A DNA stretch of 64,000 nt, from NCBI GenBank assembly GCA_024137785.1, contig JAHRHZ010000093.1, forward strand, positions 3,690,233-3,754,232, read 5' to 3'. Below, one piece after another: positions 51,011-64,000 of the stretch. The notes under the pieces are model-generated. The model saw only the letters and a list, made by a program, of their open reading frames with translations, had not been told where the DNA came from and searched no databases. Position 1 is the stretch's first letter. Each line of letters starts with the position of its first letter. Source of the stretch: Ginglymostoma cirratum (taxonomy: Eukaryota). Both the position numbers and the translations under genes were made by a program.

Positions 51011-51989
51011 TGCTAAATTCACAATACCTCTCACAACAAGAGACGTCATAGCCCTTCGAAAAGTACTCAGGCTATACAGTGACCCTGTTGACTAGCACTT
51101 CCCTATGCATCCAGCTGGTTAATGTCTCTATCCACAAAGCTATCAGTGTTAAATCATCCATCGCTGGAGGTCACCAGTCAACTACTCCTTCATTTCTACG
51201 CAAATCATCCTCCTTTTCCACTCGAGTTTTTGACAAATTCAATACGACGGACTCGCCACCTTCCCACTTTCTGAGCAGGCTGCCTGCTTAGGGGTGAAGG
51301 GTTGCAATGTTAAAAAGTTTGTGGGCTCGGCCGCAACAGTGTTAAGAGATTTGTAATTTGAGTCAGCGGGATGGGAGAGTTCTCGCCTCTGACTCTGAAG
51401 GCTGTGGGTTCAAGCTCCCCACTAAAAACACAAAAGCAAAATCTGAGCCAAAACGCCTGTGCGGTTCTGAGGGAGTGCTGCTGTGTCAGAGGGATCATCT
51501 TTCCTAAAACTGAAACCCCGCACGCCCCTCTCAGGTGCATGCCACAGACTATTTTGGAGAAATTGGAGGGGGGGGGGGCAAGAAATAACAGCAATAAAAA
51601 AAAGCAACGGATTTCCCCTGGCATCCTGGCCAATCGTTACTTCTCATCTCTCACCACTGGAGCAAACGATGTGGTCACTGGCGCAGTTGTAGGCGCTTAC
51701 TGTGCTTAAATTGGCTGTCCTGGAATTGTGAAAGGTGGTATGGAAATGCACGTCCTTTCTTTTTACAAGTGACCCAAGTGGCACTCACCGGCAGGAAGAG
51801 AGCGCGGTTAGCCAGCTAGTAATTGCTGCCAGAAAGCACATATGAGCGAACAGAATGATGATCAAACCGTCTCACCCACTGACTGTCTCACACTCGCTGC
51901 CCAGACTTGCAAATTAAGACGGGCCATTTGAATGAGGGGCAGAGATGCCTGTGTCCCCTGGAACCATGCCCTAGTGGCCTTCAAGTTAG

Positions 51990-52412
51990 AGCCATAGAGC
52001 TGTTCAGCGCTGAAAGAGACCTGTTGGACCAACTCGGCCATGCCAACCAGATATCCTAAATTAATCTAGTCTCATTTGCCACATCTGGCCCATATCTCTC
52101 TAAACCCTTCCTATTCATATATCCATCCAGATGCAATTTTAAATGTTGTAATTGTACCAACCTCCACCACTTCCTCTGGCAGCTTCTTCCTTACATGCAC
52201 CACCCTCGGTATGAAACAGGTGCCCCTTAGGTCCTTTTTAAATCTTTCCCCTCTCACCTTAAACCTATGCCGTCTAGGTTTGGGTTATCTATAGCCCTCA
52301 TGATTTTACAAACTTCTTCAAGATCACCCCTCAGCCTCCTATGCTCAAGGGAAACCCTAAACCTAACCCGGCTTCTTCTTATAACTCCAATCCTGGCAAC
52401 ATCTCTTGTAAA
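51990..52412 (-). mobile_element. CR1/HER1-like 3' fragment
   Basis: Homologous to 12900-13300. ORF 52254-52451(-) SLEHRRLRGDLEEVCKIMRAID. Confidence 0.85.
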
Positions 52413-55154
52413 CATAAATATATGTAGCTTTAGCATATTAAAACCTCCCAAGGAACTTTTGTTTTATCAATATGAAACAAAACCTGACATGGAGCCCCAT
52501 ATTGACAGGAATGCTCAAGGGCAGGGACAAAGAGGAAGGTTTAAAGGAGGCTTAAAAGGGAAAGAAACTGAGAGGTTTAGGAGCGATTAAAATCGGAATT
52601 AAAGGAGATTATGGGAGAAAATTCCGGGGAAGGGGGGCACGAGGCGGTTCAAACTGTTTCCAGCGCAGTCCTGAAACAGTTAAATTAAATGAGAAAAACC
52701 TGCCAATACCGAAATGAAACTAAAACCATAAAGCTAATGAAAAGACACAGCGCTCGCTGGAAGACCTAGGCATGAAACTTTCCCTGTGGGCCTTTTTTTT
52801 CTCATACCCTTCGTCTTGTTTCATGTGCCAGTCTGCTGTTATTTCTAGCGGTTTCTGTCTCTATTTCGGGGTGAGTTGAGATGCGATGAGCTCACTGGTC
52901 AATTAGAGGAAAAGCTGTTACCTAATACAGAGTCACAATCTGATTTCTCTCTCCCTATTTATGACAGTCCTGCCGTCCACTCGTTTGACTAAGGCATGCC
53001 CAGGCAAAAAGAAAAGGCTGGGAGCTCTGAGTGGTGAGAGAGAGAGTTGTATTTGATTTGTCTTTCTCAAACAGCCCCTTCTCGGCTCGGTGTGACCAGC
53101 TACAATTTGCACCAAGCTTTCTTGCCGGCACCGTGAATGACAAAGCTTGAAAAAAATTTCCGGGTTTTTTTTCCCCCAGAACAAGAGACACACACACGCA
53201 GACGAGAGAGAGAGAAAGAAAGAACGCTGCGTCTTGGCCCCCAGGGCGAGGGACAGGGGTCAGCATTATTTTACATTACTGACACTTCATGTTGCAAATT
53301 GTAACTGATAGGCACCAAAATGATAGGGGAATGAGGCCAGCATTCACCCAGTCACAGCCTGCCAATCAAATGCTGTGCGTTGCCTGAATGACAGTCTGTT
53401 CCCCACTCACATTATTGCTGTTAGGTAGTTCCTCAAGCATACTATTCGGGTCGAGTTTGTGACTACCTTATCTGTCTAGGATCTGATTCCTTTATTTTTC
53501 TCCCACCCGCCACCCCAAACACTTTTTTTAAAAAAAAATCTCGTTGCACCTATGAATTTGAAGGTTAATAGTTAATAACTCGCAAACCCTTAACTTTCGA
53601 ATTAGTTCCGAGATCGTTGAAATAACGCTTTCATCGACCAAGTCCATTAATCAAAACCAGCTTCCATTAGGATGAATTTTCCCCCACAGCTCCCAGCAGC
53701 TACGGGGTTAAAACCACCCCGTGTTTGGGCTCCAACCAGTTCCTACGGTGCAGAGACCCACACCAGCAATAGTCAAGCATTAAATAGCAGTTCTTCACCG
53801 TAATACTCTCTTTTGGGAGCTGTAGGAAAGCTCCATTACACTGAAAGCTACGTTATAATGAGGGTCTTTTGTACACTTTATTACTGTGGGAGCCATAAAC
53901 AATGCATGTTATGTACAAGAGGGCATGAGGTATCAGAGCTCTGCAAAATGAGGGGCTTATTACTGTACTCGAACATGCACCGAGTTTTTTTCTCTCTCGC
54001 AGCAAGTCAGCAATTAAAGGCACAACATTATACTCGTTTATATTAAGTTCCCCCCCCCAACCCCGTTCACCCATCACCCTTGACCCCACGATGGCTTTTG
54101 GTCCGGCAGTGTCTCGATTTTTAAAATTCCCTTCCCAGTTCTCAAATCTATCCACTGTCTCACTCCTCCCTGTTTCTGTCACCTCCTCCAGTCCTACCTG
54201 GCCTCTGCTCTCCTCCATTTCTGGCCTCTTTTCTCTGCTTTCTCATGGATGCATCACTGCTGGCCATTCTTTTCTCTGTAATTCTCTTCTAGAATATTCC
54301 CCGACTTGCCCGCGTTCATCCTTTAAGATTCTCCTTCTACACTGTTTCCGGCCACACTGTCAGTCATTTGTCCTGCCATCGCCATAAGTGACAGTATTAA
54401 ATTTTCTAGAACTGTCCTCCGGTCTTACGGGGTTTTACCAGGATAAAGATGCTTTATAACGCAACCTTTTGTATGATAACAGGAGGAATTCAAATCGCAT
54501 AATTCTTCTCTAAATAAAATCCAAAGAAAAAATCTTGTTTAAACAAAAAGGTCCTTAAAAATTTCCTGAACTGTTCTTTGCTTTGACAATATTAAATATA
54601 TCTAGGGAAGGAAGGGGCCAGTTGTTAAACACTTGACCCTGGGTCAATCCTCAGGCCTGACTGGCTTACTTCCTAATTTCCTTCCCTTCCTGGGCTATAG
54701 TCACAGGCTGTTGCTGCCGTCCATTCCACCACAATTATTTTCCACATGTGCAGATGGACAGCAAGTAAATGTAAGCTATTCAACCAAGTTATTCTGAAAG
54801 AGCCCCAGTGATTATGCTTTAAAAGTGCTTCAAAGTGCTCCTTCTGAGGTCATTAATGGTGCTACATAAATGCAAGTATTTCTTTCATTGGGGGTAATGT
54901 AACTGAAGAAATATAATCTTTCCTGGCCTGATCCCACTTATACACTCAGTCTTAACCAGTAGGACTCACCAGTAGTTGACAGCCTCTTATCTCAGGGCTG
55001 AAGTACACATTTGAAGTCATTTTAACTCGAATAGGAGATGAACAAACTTTAAAGGAGGTTGCATCTAACTGCTGCTCCATATGTCCAATTCATTTTTCAG
55101 TTTCTAGCTCAAGTACTGGATAGTATCTAATAATCAAGTCATCACTCTGACAAT

Positions 55155-55815
55155 GATATGCACCACCCGCTGCATAAAAAGAGTTGCCCCTGAGGTCCCT
55201 TTAAAATCTTTCCCCTCTCACCTTAAACCTATGCCCTCTAGTTTTGGACTCCCCTACCCTGGGGAAAAGACCTTGGCTATTCACCCTATCCATGCCCCTC
55301 ACGATTTTATAGACCTATATAAGGTCAGCCCTTGGGCTCCAATGCTCCAGGGAAAATAGCCCCAGCCTATTCAGCCCCTCCTTATAGCTCAAATCCTCCA
55401 ACCCTGCAACATCCCTTCAAGTCAAACCCTCCAATCCCAGCAATATCTTTGTAAATCTTTTCTGAACCCTTTCAAGTTTCACAACATCTGTCCTATTGCA
55501 GGAAGACCAGAATGGAAAGCAGTATTCCAAAGTGGCCTAACTAGTGCCCTGTACAGCTGCAACATGACATCCCAACTTCTATACTCAGTGCACTGACCAG
55601 TAAAGGCAAGCATGCCAAATGCCTTCTTCACTATCCTGTGTACCTGCAACTCCACTTTCAAGGAGCTATGAATCTACACCCCATGTCTCTTTGTTCAGCA
55701 ACACTTCCCCAGGACCTTAACATTAAGTGTATACAAGTCCTGAGCTGATTTGCCTTTCCAAAATGTAGCATCTCTCATTTATCTAAATTAAACTCCCTTT
55801 GCCACTCCTCAGCCC
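55155..55815 (-). mobile_element. CR1/HER1-like fragment
   Basis: ORF 55479-55661(-) KVELQVHRIVKKAFGMLAFTGQCTEYRSWDVMLQLYRALVRPL. Confidence 0.92.
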
Positions 55816-57724
55816 TTTATCAAGAGAATTGATACCTTCAGCAGAAGCAGACAGGGATCTAGAGAAGAGAACATCAGAAACCCAGGGACAAAGCACTGGT
55901 GAAAGAAGAGGCTTAAACACTTTCCCCTTTCTCCCAGCCCTGCTGACCCCTGATGGGAAAATAATATCAGATGGGTAAGCAGATTTCGAACAGGAGAAAA
56001 TAGCCAGAAAGAAAAAAATCCCAACTTTCTCAGCAACGTGGAAATCACAGAGATAATGCTATGTAGGATTAATTTTTGATAAGTTTAAAGTTTTTCTTAT
56101 GTAGGTCATTCATAGGCGTTACTTCAAAGTACATCCGTAAAAGTGACTGAATTCTAACTACAAGGAAATTTAAAGGTGGCATGTATAAAACAAACACAGG
56201 AACAAATGCAAGGATCTGACAATTTTCCCATAAAAATAAACATCTTAAAGCATTTCACAATTACCTTTTGCACACATAAAAATAACTTTGCAGAGCCTTT
56301 TTTATTTATTTATACACTGTGTGCGCTCGCTGAGACCAAATATAATTCCCAGCGATGCTCCCTATATATTTTTGAAGGCCCAAGCCAAACATCTGAATAA
56401 TTCACAAGGAAATGATTGATTTTTTTTATGGGGGGACGGCGGTTGCAAGGCCGAGCTCCTTTGCTAAATGCTCAAGCAGGAGGAATCATTAGTGCAGGGA
56501 TCTCATGTACAGGGTCTGCAGAATGAGCCTCGCCTATTCAAATACAATTTGTGAGAGCTAACACATTGAACGCCTGCTAGTCAGAAACACAGGAATTGGG
56601 TTAGGGCAGTGTGGGTGGAGGGCTGGGGAAGGGAGGGAGCATGGAGCAACATACATGGAACTATCTACCATGGTGCAAGTGGGTGAGGTGATAGCCAGGA
56701 ATCTTGCAAATTATTGATCTGAGGGATGGAGGAGAGGACGGAGCCAGTGTTGGTAGGTGCAGTTTTGTTTTGTTTCCTCACCCATTCCACTAGGTTGCCC
56801 CTGTGAAACAACAGGACACAACTGCAGTATCGTTACAGTGCAGAAAGAACCTATTCAGCCCATCATGCCCACACCAGCATTCTGAATGAGTATTTCACTT
56901 AGTGCCATTCCCTATTCAGGTAATAGTCTAATTTTCCCTCTTGAATGCCTTGAATGAACCTGCCTGCAGTAAACTTTCAGGAAGAGCATTCCAGAATCTA
57001 GCCACTCACTGTCTGAAAAAAAATTGTCATCATGTTGTTTTTGACAATTCGTTTATATTCTGGTTCTCGACTCCTTCACGAGTGGCTACAATTTCTGCAC
57101 ATACTTCCGATTTTGGATAACTGTAGCAAATCTCTCTCAGCTTTCTTTGCTCCAAGGCAAACAGTCCTAACTTCACCAATCTGTCCACACTCCCCCAAAT
57201 CATCAACAATTTGTTATTTTGGAAGAGCTAATTAAAGAATGACAACATATGAAATGCACACAGTGGGTACAACAATGCTAAACTGGTTCTGGCCATGACT
57301 TTCAGAGTTTGGTCTAATATAAGAATGCAGAGTCAGCCTCTCTGTCCGTGCAAAGTCAGAGCAGGCAGTACCTTTCATGCAATAATTCCACCTCTTCTCA
57401 TGGATGCACCATGCACTCTCCTGTACCATTGTCCATACGACTATCCTTTGAGTATGTGGCCAGAGAAGAAAGTGCCATTTGACTATGTGGCTGTCACAGC
57501 TTGAGCCCAAACCTCATGTGAGCCTCTTCCACCATGTGTCACTGGGTGGTACCACAGAGCAGGATTCCCCACCAGCTAGACTTTTCAAACTTCACTGGAG
57601 TTTTTCAAAGCAGAGCAGTGCAGAGGGAACTATACCAAGATCCCGGAAAAAGCAACGGCCATAACGCAGTCAGAATTTCAAAGCATGAACCTTTTAGTAA
57701 ATCTGTATCGAACCGTGGTGAGAC

Positions 57725-57907
57725 CACAAAAACCGAAAGGACTGCGAATGCTGTAAATCAGGAACAAAAACAGAAGTTACTGGAAAAGCTCAGCAGGTCT
57801 GGCAGCATCTGTGAAGAGAAATCAGAGTTAACGTTTCGGGTCTGGTGACCCTTCTGAGGGGTTAACTCTGATTTCTCTTCACAGAAGCTGCCAGGCCTGG
57901 TGAGCTT
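57725..57907. mobile_element. Inverted pair (hairpin) of Penelope-type terminal-repeat fragments
   Basis: aggtctggcagcatctgtgaagagaaatcagagttaac is mirrored by gttaactctgatttctcttcacagaagctgccaggcct. The loop carries a minus-strand GGGTCaccaGACCCGAAACGTTaact. Confidence 0.75.
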
Positions 57908-58800
57908 GGTGAGACCATGCTTAGAATACTGCATACTGTTCTGGTGGTCATACTATAGAAAGGATTGTAGAGGCACTGGGGAGGTGCAGTGAAGATTTGC
58001 AAGGATGATACTAGAAACTTTGGGATACAACTGACTGGCTCTCATTTCTTGTGATGAAAGAAGGCTGATGACTGACCCAATAAAGATCTTTCAAGTGATG
58101 AATGGTTTTGATAGAAGGGATACAGAGAGTATGTATATCATACATATATTATGTATACAATAAAACAAGAGGCCATAAATAAAAGATATTCACGAAGAAA
58201 TCAAATAAAGAATTTAGAAGAAACTTCTTCACCTAAAGATCGGTGAGTACATAGGACTTAAAATTATAAGTAGGAAGAACAGGAGTAGGCTATTTGGCCC
58301 TTCAAACTTGCTGTACCTTTCAAGAGAACCTTGTCTGATCTGACATTCCTCACATCTACTTTCCTGCTCTTTCCCCATAACACTTGATTCCCACATGGAG
58401 TTACTACCACAGGAAGTGGTCAAAGCAAACACTCTAGGTTAGACACACTAAAGGGGAAACTAAATTAGTTTGTAGAGAAAACAGGATGGTACCCCTGCCT
58501 TTCAGTGAGGACATCTGAGTTCAAATCCCATCTGCTCCAAAATTGTGTCATGAATAACATATCTGGACAGGTTGATTATTTTATTGGGCAACTTGGCGTG
58601 CAGTAGCAGTGCCTTGTTCAAGTCCCAGCTGGTGTGTCATAACATGTCGAAGCAGCTTGATTAATAATAACTATAAGGAAGAGGGTCACAATGGTTGATG
58701 TTACATGAAGAAAGATGGGAGGAGGCTGAGTCCAGTATAAATGCCAACATGAGCTATTTGGACCAAATGGCCTGTTTATGCACTGTACATTCTATGAATT
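57908..58800 (+). mobile_element. Degraded CR1 3' region with nested minus-strand CR1 tail and short SINEs
   Basis: gtgagaccatgcttagaatactgc (VRPxLEYC), gaatttagaagaaacttcttcacc (FRRNFFT) and the tail gaccaaatggcctgtt. Confidence 0.6.
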
Positions 58801-60249
58801 TTGCGCCAGTTATGTTTCGGGATGCCATCTGTGCCAGGGAAAGTAGGCCTCTGCAGGTATGCCCCCTAACCCAGAAGAAGTATCAATTAAGCTACCTGCA
58901 TTCCATTGTAGTAGGTAATGCGGATGCCATTCTTAACAACAAGGATGAACCACAAAAGGTCCCCTTCCGGTGTGACGAGATGGTATTTAAAAAGGTAAAT
59001 GTGTGTGATGTTAGTGGTATTCACATGTCATTCTGGAGAGTAACCACTAGAGGATGCTCCAAAATGCTATGCCAGCACAGCGATAGGTAACTGCTGTTGC
59101 CAGGTGACCTGTGCGTATACACACACACACAAATACACACAGAGTTAGGTGTGGGAGGGCGCAAAGTGTCCCCCTTTCCAGGAGCTGTTGATTTTCTCAA
59201 GGCAGTTTTACACCACGCACACAGCTGAATGGAAACTGAGCGGGACTGGGGAAAAATAATACATCCACCTTTTTTGAACAAACAGCAGAGTAGGGCAAAC
59301 ATCTTTATTCTACACCAAGCCACACAGAACCCGTTTGTCGGACAAGGGATGTCACTAGTCACTGAGATGGGGTGGCAGAATAGGGAAAATATTTTGTTGC
59401 AAGCTGTATCAACTTTGTCTCAAAGTTGCAAAGGGGTAAACACTCAGACTTTCAACGACACATTTAAGATTTCTCTGCTTTCTTCTTGTTAAGAGGATCC
59501 TTGACTTTGCCCTAAGCAGGGAGTGAGAATCCCACAACTGTGTAAAACTTTGCATATTAGGCTTTAGTGCAATTCAGTTAGCTAGGCCATAAAGGACTGT
59601 TACATATCATTCTGGGAGGAAGTATTTTCAGGCATCCACAATGCCGATTCCACCGCACAGCATGTGAGCGAACAAAGCTGATCTAATTGGCAAATTGGCA
59701 AAAGGTTCAGAGCTGAGAGGCCACTGGTTAAACATTGGGAGGAAGGACTGGAGAGAGAAGTAAGTGAGTTCTTTTTCACTTAAAGAGCTACAGAACTGAG
59801 CATTGAAGCAGAAAGCTGTGGACAGGTGTGCAAAAACGTGTTTCTGGAGGAAAAAGAGGATATTGAAAGATATACTGAGAAGGTGGACAGCTGGAAATGA
59901 ACAGTGAAACATGAACAGGTGTGTATGGATTGAAAGGCCTCCTCTCTGATCCTTCAAAGTCTTATGTTTATTAATTTCTACATTTATTGCACTGAATCTC
60001 AAAATCACCGAATTGTTAAGACTTTTTAGCCAGATCAAGGAGCCTGCATTTCAATTTGTAACTGTTGTGGCCCCAACATCAGTTTTGCTTAGGGTGTCAT
60101 ATCATGTCGAGATGGGAAATCCTGTACATTGCTTAAAGAGATATTGACCGCAAAGGAAAATAGTTCGCAGGCACTTTAACATTCTTCACTGCCCTTTCAT
60201 CCATTTTACCAACTTCCCCTGTTCTAAACCAACTACATTTCTGACTTTT

Positions 60250-60460
60250 TTCAATTCTGATGAAAAGTCATGAGCCTGAAACATCAACTCTCTACAGACA
60301 CTGCCAGACTACTGAGCAGCTCCATAACTTGTTGAAGAAGGGTCCAGACCCGAAACGTCAGCTTTCCTGTTCCTCTGATGCTGCTTGGCCTGCTGTGTTC
60401 ATCCAGCTCTACACCTTGTTACCTCCATAACTTGTTTGCTTTCTTTTCAGATTTCCAGCT
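60250..60460 (+). mobile_element. Nested hammerhead-type Penelope repeats: one family inserted into another with a 14-bp TSD
   Basis: The outer copy begins ttCTGATGAaaagtcatgagcctGAAACATCaactc. The inner copy at 60334-60422 (gaagaaGGGTCcaGACCCGAAACGTCagc...) is flanked by ctccataacttgtt at 60320-60333 and 60423-60436. Confidence 0.8.
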
Positions 60461-60634
60461 TTTTTTGTTCTTTGACTTTCTTCGTTGCTTTACAAATGCT
60501 TATTTATTTGTTTAGTGAATTCAGATCCCAAAGCCAAGCTAATGTCTCCTCATTTGCTGAGTTGAAGATCATTAGCAGTCTGTGGAGGGGACACACCTCA
60601 GTAACACACAATGTTTGTGTCCCTCCTTAACTGT

Positions 60635-60920
60635 AGAACGTAGAATAGTACCGCACAGGAACAGGCCGTTCCGCCCATGATGTTGTGCTGAACATGTTGC
60701 CAAGTTAAACTAATCTCTTCTGTGTGCCCATGGTTGGTATCGCTCCATTCCTTACTTATTCATTTGCTTATCTAAAAGCCCCTTAAACACCCCTATTGTA
60801 TCTGCCTCCACCACTACCCTGGGAGTGCGTCCCAGGCACCTAACACTCTCTGTGTAAAAATGTTGCTCCTCACATCTCCTTTGGACTTTTCCCCCTTTTG
60901 ACTTAAATGCATGCTTTTTG
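60635..60920 (-). mobile_element. CR1 3' fragment
   Basis: ORF 60752-61042(-) HAFKSKGGK..VVVEADTIGVFKGLLDKQM, with the tail acaggaacaggccgttccgccc. Confidence 0.85.
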
Positions 60921-62427
60921 TACTGAGGTCTTAGTAGTTGGGGTTGGCTGCGCAGGGATGCTGATTTATCCTGAAGCTGTTTAGCAAGGACCCAAACCCT
61001 GTCATTCGATAAGGAATTTCTTGATGATTTCCTATGTTTCATGTTCCTTCACCTAAAGGGTGTGTGGTGGTAGTTCTAGCTCAGGAAGGCATATGGGGCA
61101 TCACTGAGATGCATGGTGGTCAGGGTAAACTGAACAAGTTATTGTGAAATGGGTGAAAGAGGCGCAGGGCCGATGGTTTCATCCAGCCTTTGGATTCTCA
61201 TCTGTCACCAACTGTGCTGGAAAGTGATATCTGTGAGGACAGGAAGCATTGGTGACTGCAGGGTTCCACTTATGGTGCACATTGCTGCATTTGAAGTATC
61301 AACAAGATGCATAATCAGTGTGAGTGATTAGATGGCCTGACCCTTATCAACCTGTGCTCTTGCCTCGTGTGCACTCGGGATCAAATAGATACTAAGACAG
61401 CAAAAAAGACCTCGCCAAACAAATATTCCACAGACAGAAGAATCCAAAAGGGGAACATCTAACTCTGTTTTTGTGATGGGTTAGCTTTACAGCATCAGTG
61501 CCAACCTCCGAAGAAAGGCTCGTCGCCATGGTCATTTTCTCAGGCTGTCCTTCCAGCACTTCTGCGTCCTTTTCTTTGAAATTTTAGATTTCCTCCATTT
61601 GCAATGAAGTTCATAAGGTAGGGCAGTTGTGCCTCGTCAGGTTACGTGACAGTTCATGAATGAAAGAGTGCTTCCCATCTTTCCACTACCCCCAGACAGC
61701 GAGTTATTGAACTGCCCTGTACGGTTATAAGGCCAACCACAGCAACATGTCATGGAGCAAAGCACTGGGCTTGGCCAATTCAGCAGCTCTTCATACGCTT
61801 GGTATCTCCCAGGTTTCACTGCAGTCCACAGTAACCCAGCAGTAAGCAGGTGAAATATGACCCAGGTCTTCCTGGTGCTCTCCAGCCCAGGGCACAGAGA
61901 GGCTGGAGTGAGGATCTGGAAATGTGTACAGTGCAAATAATCCTAGCAATATTAAAGGTGAAGAAATGAAAATGGTCAACTCGGAACTGGAGAAAAGTCA
62001 GAAATACTCTTCTCCTCTTCGACACTGTACCTTGTGAAATGAGTCAACAGAGTGGCCCTTGTAAGTGCCTCTGCCTTGGGCGATACAACAACAACATTTC
62101 GCATTTATGCTGCACCCTTATTGTAGTAAAATATTCTGAGGCAGTTCACTAGAACATTGTCAGACACAAAGCTACATAAGGAGACAGTAAGACAAGTGAG
62201 GGGAAATTGATGAAAAGGAATGAGTTTTTAATGGATGTTTTAAAAGCAGAGGAAGAGAGATCAAGCATGGAGAGGTTTAAGAAGGGCAGTGCTTCTCATG
62301 AGGGAGCAATTAAAATCAAACGTCAGCAAGAGGCCAGAATTGCAGGAATGAAGAGAGCTCAGAGAGTTGTGGGGCTTGCTCATGTACAACCCAAGAGAAA
62401 CATTCTGGTGGAGCAGTAAGGGAGGAA

Positions 62428-62870
62428 TTGGTGCTGGCAGTCCGCCATCATTGTAATATGATGGTTTATGCCATGATGGACAAACTTTGTGTTAAATGTC
62501 CCCTGGTCTTGGTATCACTCTGGCACTGCGGTCTATGCCGCCTTTGTTGCAGAGGAAGACAGTGGGCTCAGTCACTACCCATGGCCTATGTTTCCTCTGG
62601 GCCCTCTTCTCAGTCCCTTCTACATCCTTCCAAACGGTTTGCCTTCCAAGGTTACAACCATCAGTGACCGTCTCCTAGACATCAGTGTCAATGTCTGCCA
62701 TCTTCAGATCTTGCTGGGCGTGTGACCTTGTAACAGAGGCATGGACAGTCAGAAGGTCATCACCCGGTTCGCTTGTACAAGAGGTCTTCAGGGTATACAG
62801 CACCATCCATCCAAAGAACACGGGTCAAGCCAATGGAGACATCACTAAGTCAACAACGAGTACATGAAGG
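62428..62870 (-). mobile_element. RTE-clade LINE 3' fragment
   Basis: The minus strand gives frameshifted MYSLL..LHWL..PEDLLY..PCLCYK..QDLKMADIDTDV*ETV..RQTVWK, resembling the RTE C-terminus (LRWLGH..IPKDLLYG..RYKD..DMK). It ends in accatc..gatggcggactgcca. Confidence 0.65.
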
Positions 62871-64000
62871 GGGAAAACACAGTCTCTGTAATGCCTTATA
62901 AATGTAATCAAAGTAACCAGAGCAGCAATGCAACACAACAGTCTGACACATCTCAGTCATTATCTGTGCTGTGCAGATCTCAAATGCAGAGAGAAGAGCT
63001 GGCTTCTCAAGAAACAGTAGTTTCCTGTTTTCAAGCAGAGAAGTCTAGGAATCTTGTAAGCCCTTTAATCACAAAGATTTGCTACAAACCAAAACACAAG
63101 GGAAAACTTGCTCTTCTGCTCCCCTTCTTCACTTGTTAAGTGGCTTTGAGTTTATTACCAGCAGAATCTGCTCACTTAATCCTATGTCCAGACCAGGGCC
63201 AACTCTCTTTGTAATAAAAAAAATTGCAAATAATACACAAAGTTAAGAGGCTCTAAATACTTTGTTGCAGATGAAAAATACAAGTGGTGAAATGCAAGTT
63301 TAAGTGAAATCCGCACAAAGTCGCAGAATGGAGCATGTTCCCAGATGTGTGGTACTAAATTACTGAGCATGATAACCAAACAATCTATCTTTCGCTGCTT
63401 CCTTGGACAGCTGTCTGAGGTGGGCAGGCTAGGCAGAGGCTAAAAAGGCCTTCAGGGACTAAATTACCGTTTCTAAATTGTTTCTGAGCTCCAGCGATAC
63501 AACAGCGTTATCACTCAAGAACTGAAAGAGGTTACTTACGAGTTGGAGTAGAAAAGGAACTAAAACTTTTCAAAACAGCATGACACATGTAGCATCTTGA
63601 AAAATCGCTGACTGCAATGTGATAGCTACACTTGCCAGAATTTCTCCTACAGGTACCATTCAATTCTTCAGATATGCTACATTTTAATAAATTTAAAATT
63701 CACAAAATTAAATCTTGTGGAAATGTATATAGAAAACAAGACTCTAACAAATACAAATTTGAATTCCCCCACCATAGTTTCACTGGTTTTTGTGTATGAT
63801 TTCATGAAATATTCACCATCCACTTATAATTTTCCCATGCTGAAAATTTCCAGCACCAAGAACTGACAGACAGCTGTTGTATTTCTCTGTAGAAAAGAAA
63901 AGAACTTGCAAGATCTTGAAATGCCAGAAGTGCCTGCAGCCAGTTAAGTATTTTTGAAGTATTGTCATTGTCATGATGTGGGAAAAACAGCAACCAGTTT

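Noticed and set aside
58695-59090. 131-aa plus-strand ORF ending near a GT donor-like site
   Set aside because: It starts within a CR1 tail, has no recognisable domain and no partner exons, and is antisense to EBF.

Overview
Repeat-rich vertebrate genomic DNA, most likely from a cartilaginous fish (shark-type HE1-like SINEs, CR1/HER1-like LINEs and Deu-domain SINEs). The only host coding sequence I can support is one 82-bp minus-strand exon at 25164-25245 encoding (R)[27 protein letters not shown]. This is part of the DNA-binding domain of an EBF/COE transcription factor and corresponds to exon 7 of mammalian EBF genes. I did not find the neighbouring exons, so the window appears to lie inside two large EBF introns. 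These introns contain: a decayed Ty1/Copia LTR retrotransposon of GalEa type (tRNAi-Met PBS, gag-PR-IN-RT order) bracketed by one minisatellite family; a second, opposite-strand Copia RT/RNase H fragment; many CR1, L2 and RTE fragments and several SINE families; short Penelope-type repeats with minimal hammerhead-ribozyme cores; an unexplained ~160-bp inverted repeat; and several repeat-free AT-rich blocks with PBX-HOX/MEIS motif clusters that look like conserved enhancers. Nearly all listed ORFs are spurious or transposon-derived. Repeat boundaries are approximate and family names come from recognition of the sequence, not database searches. I found no convincing new multi-gene system.
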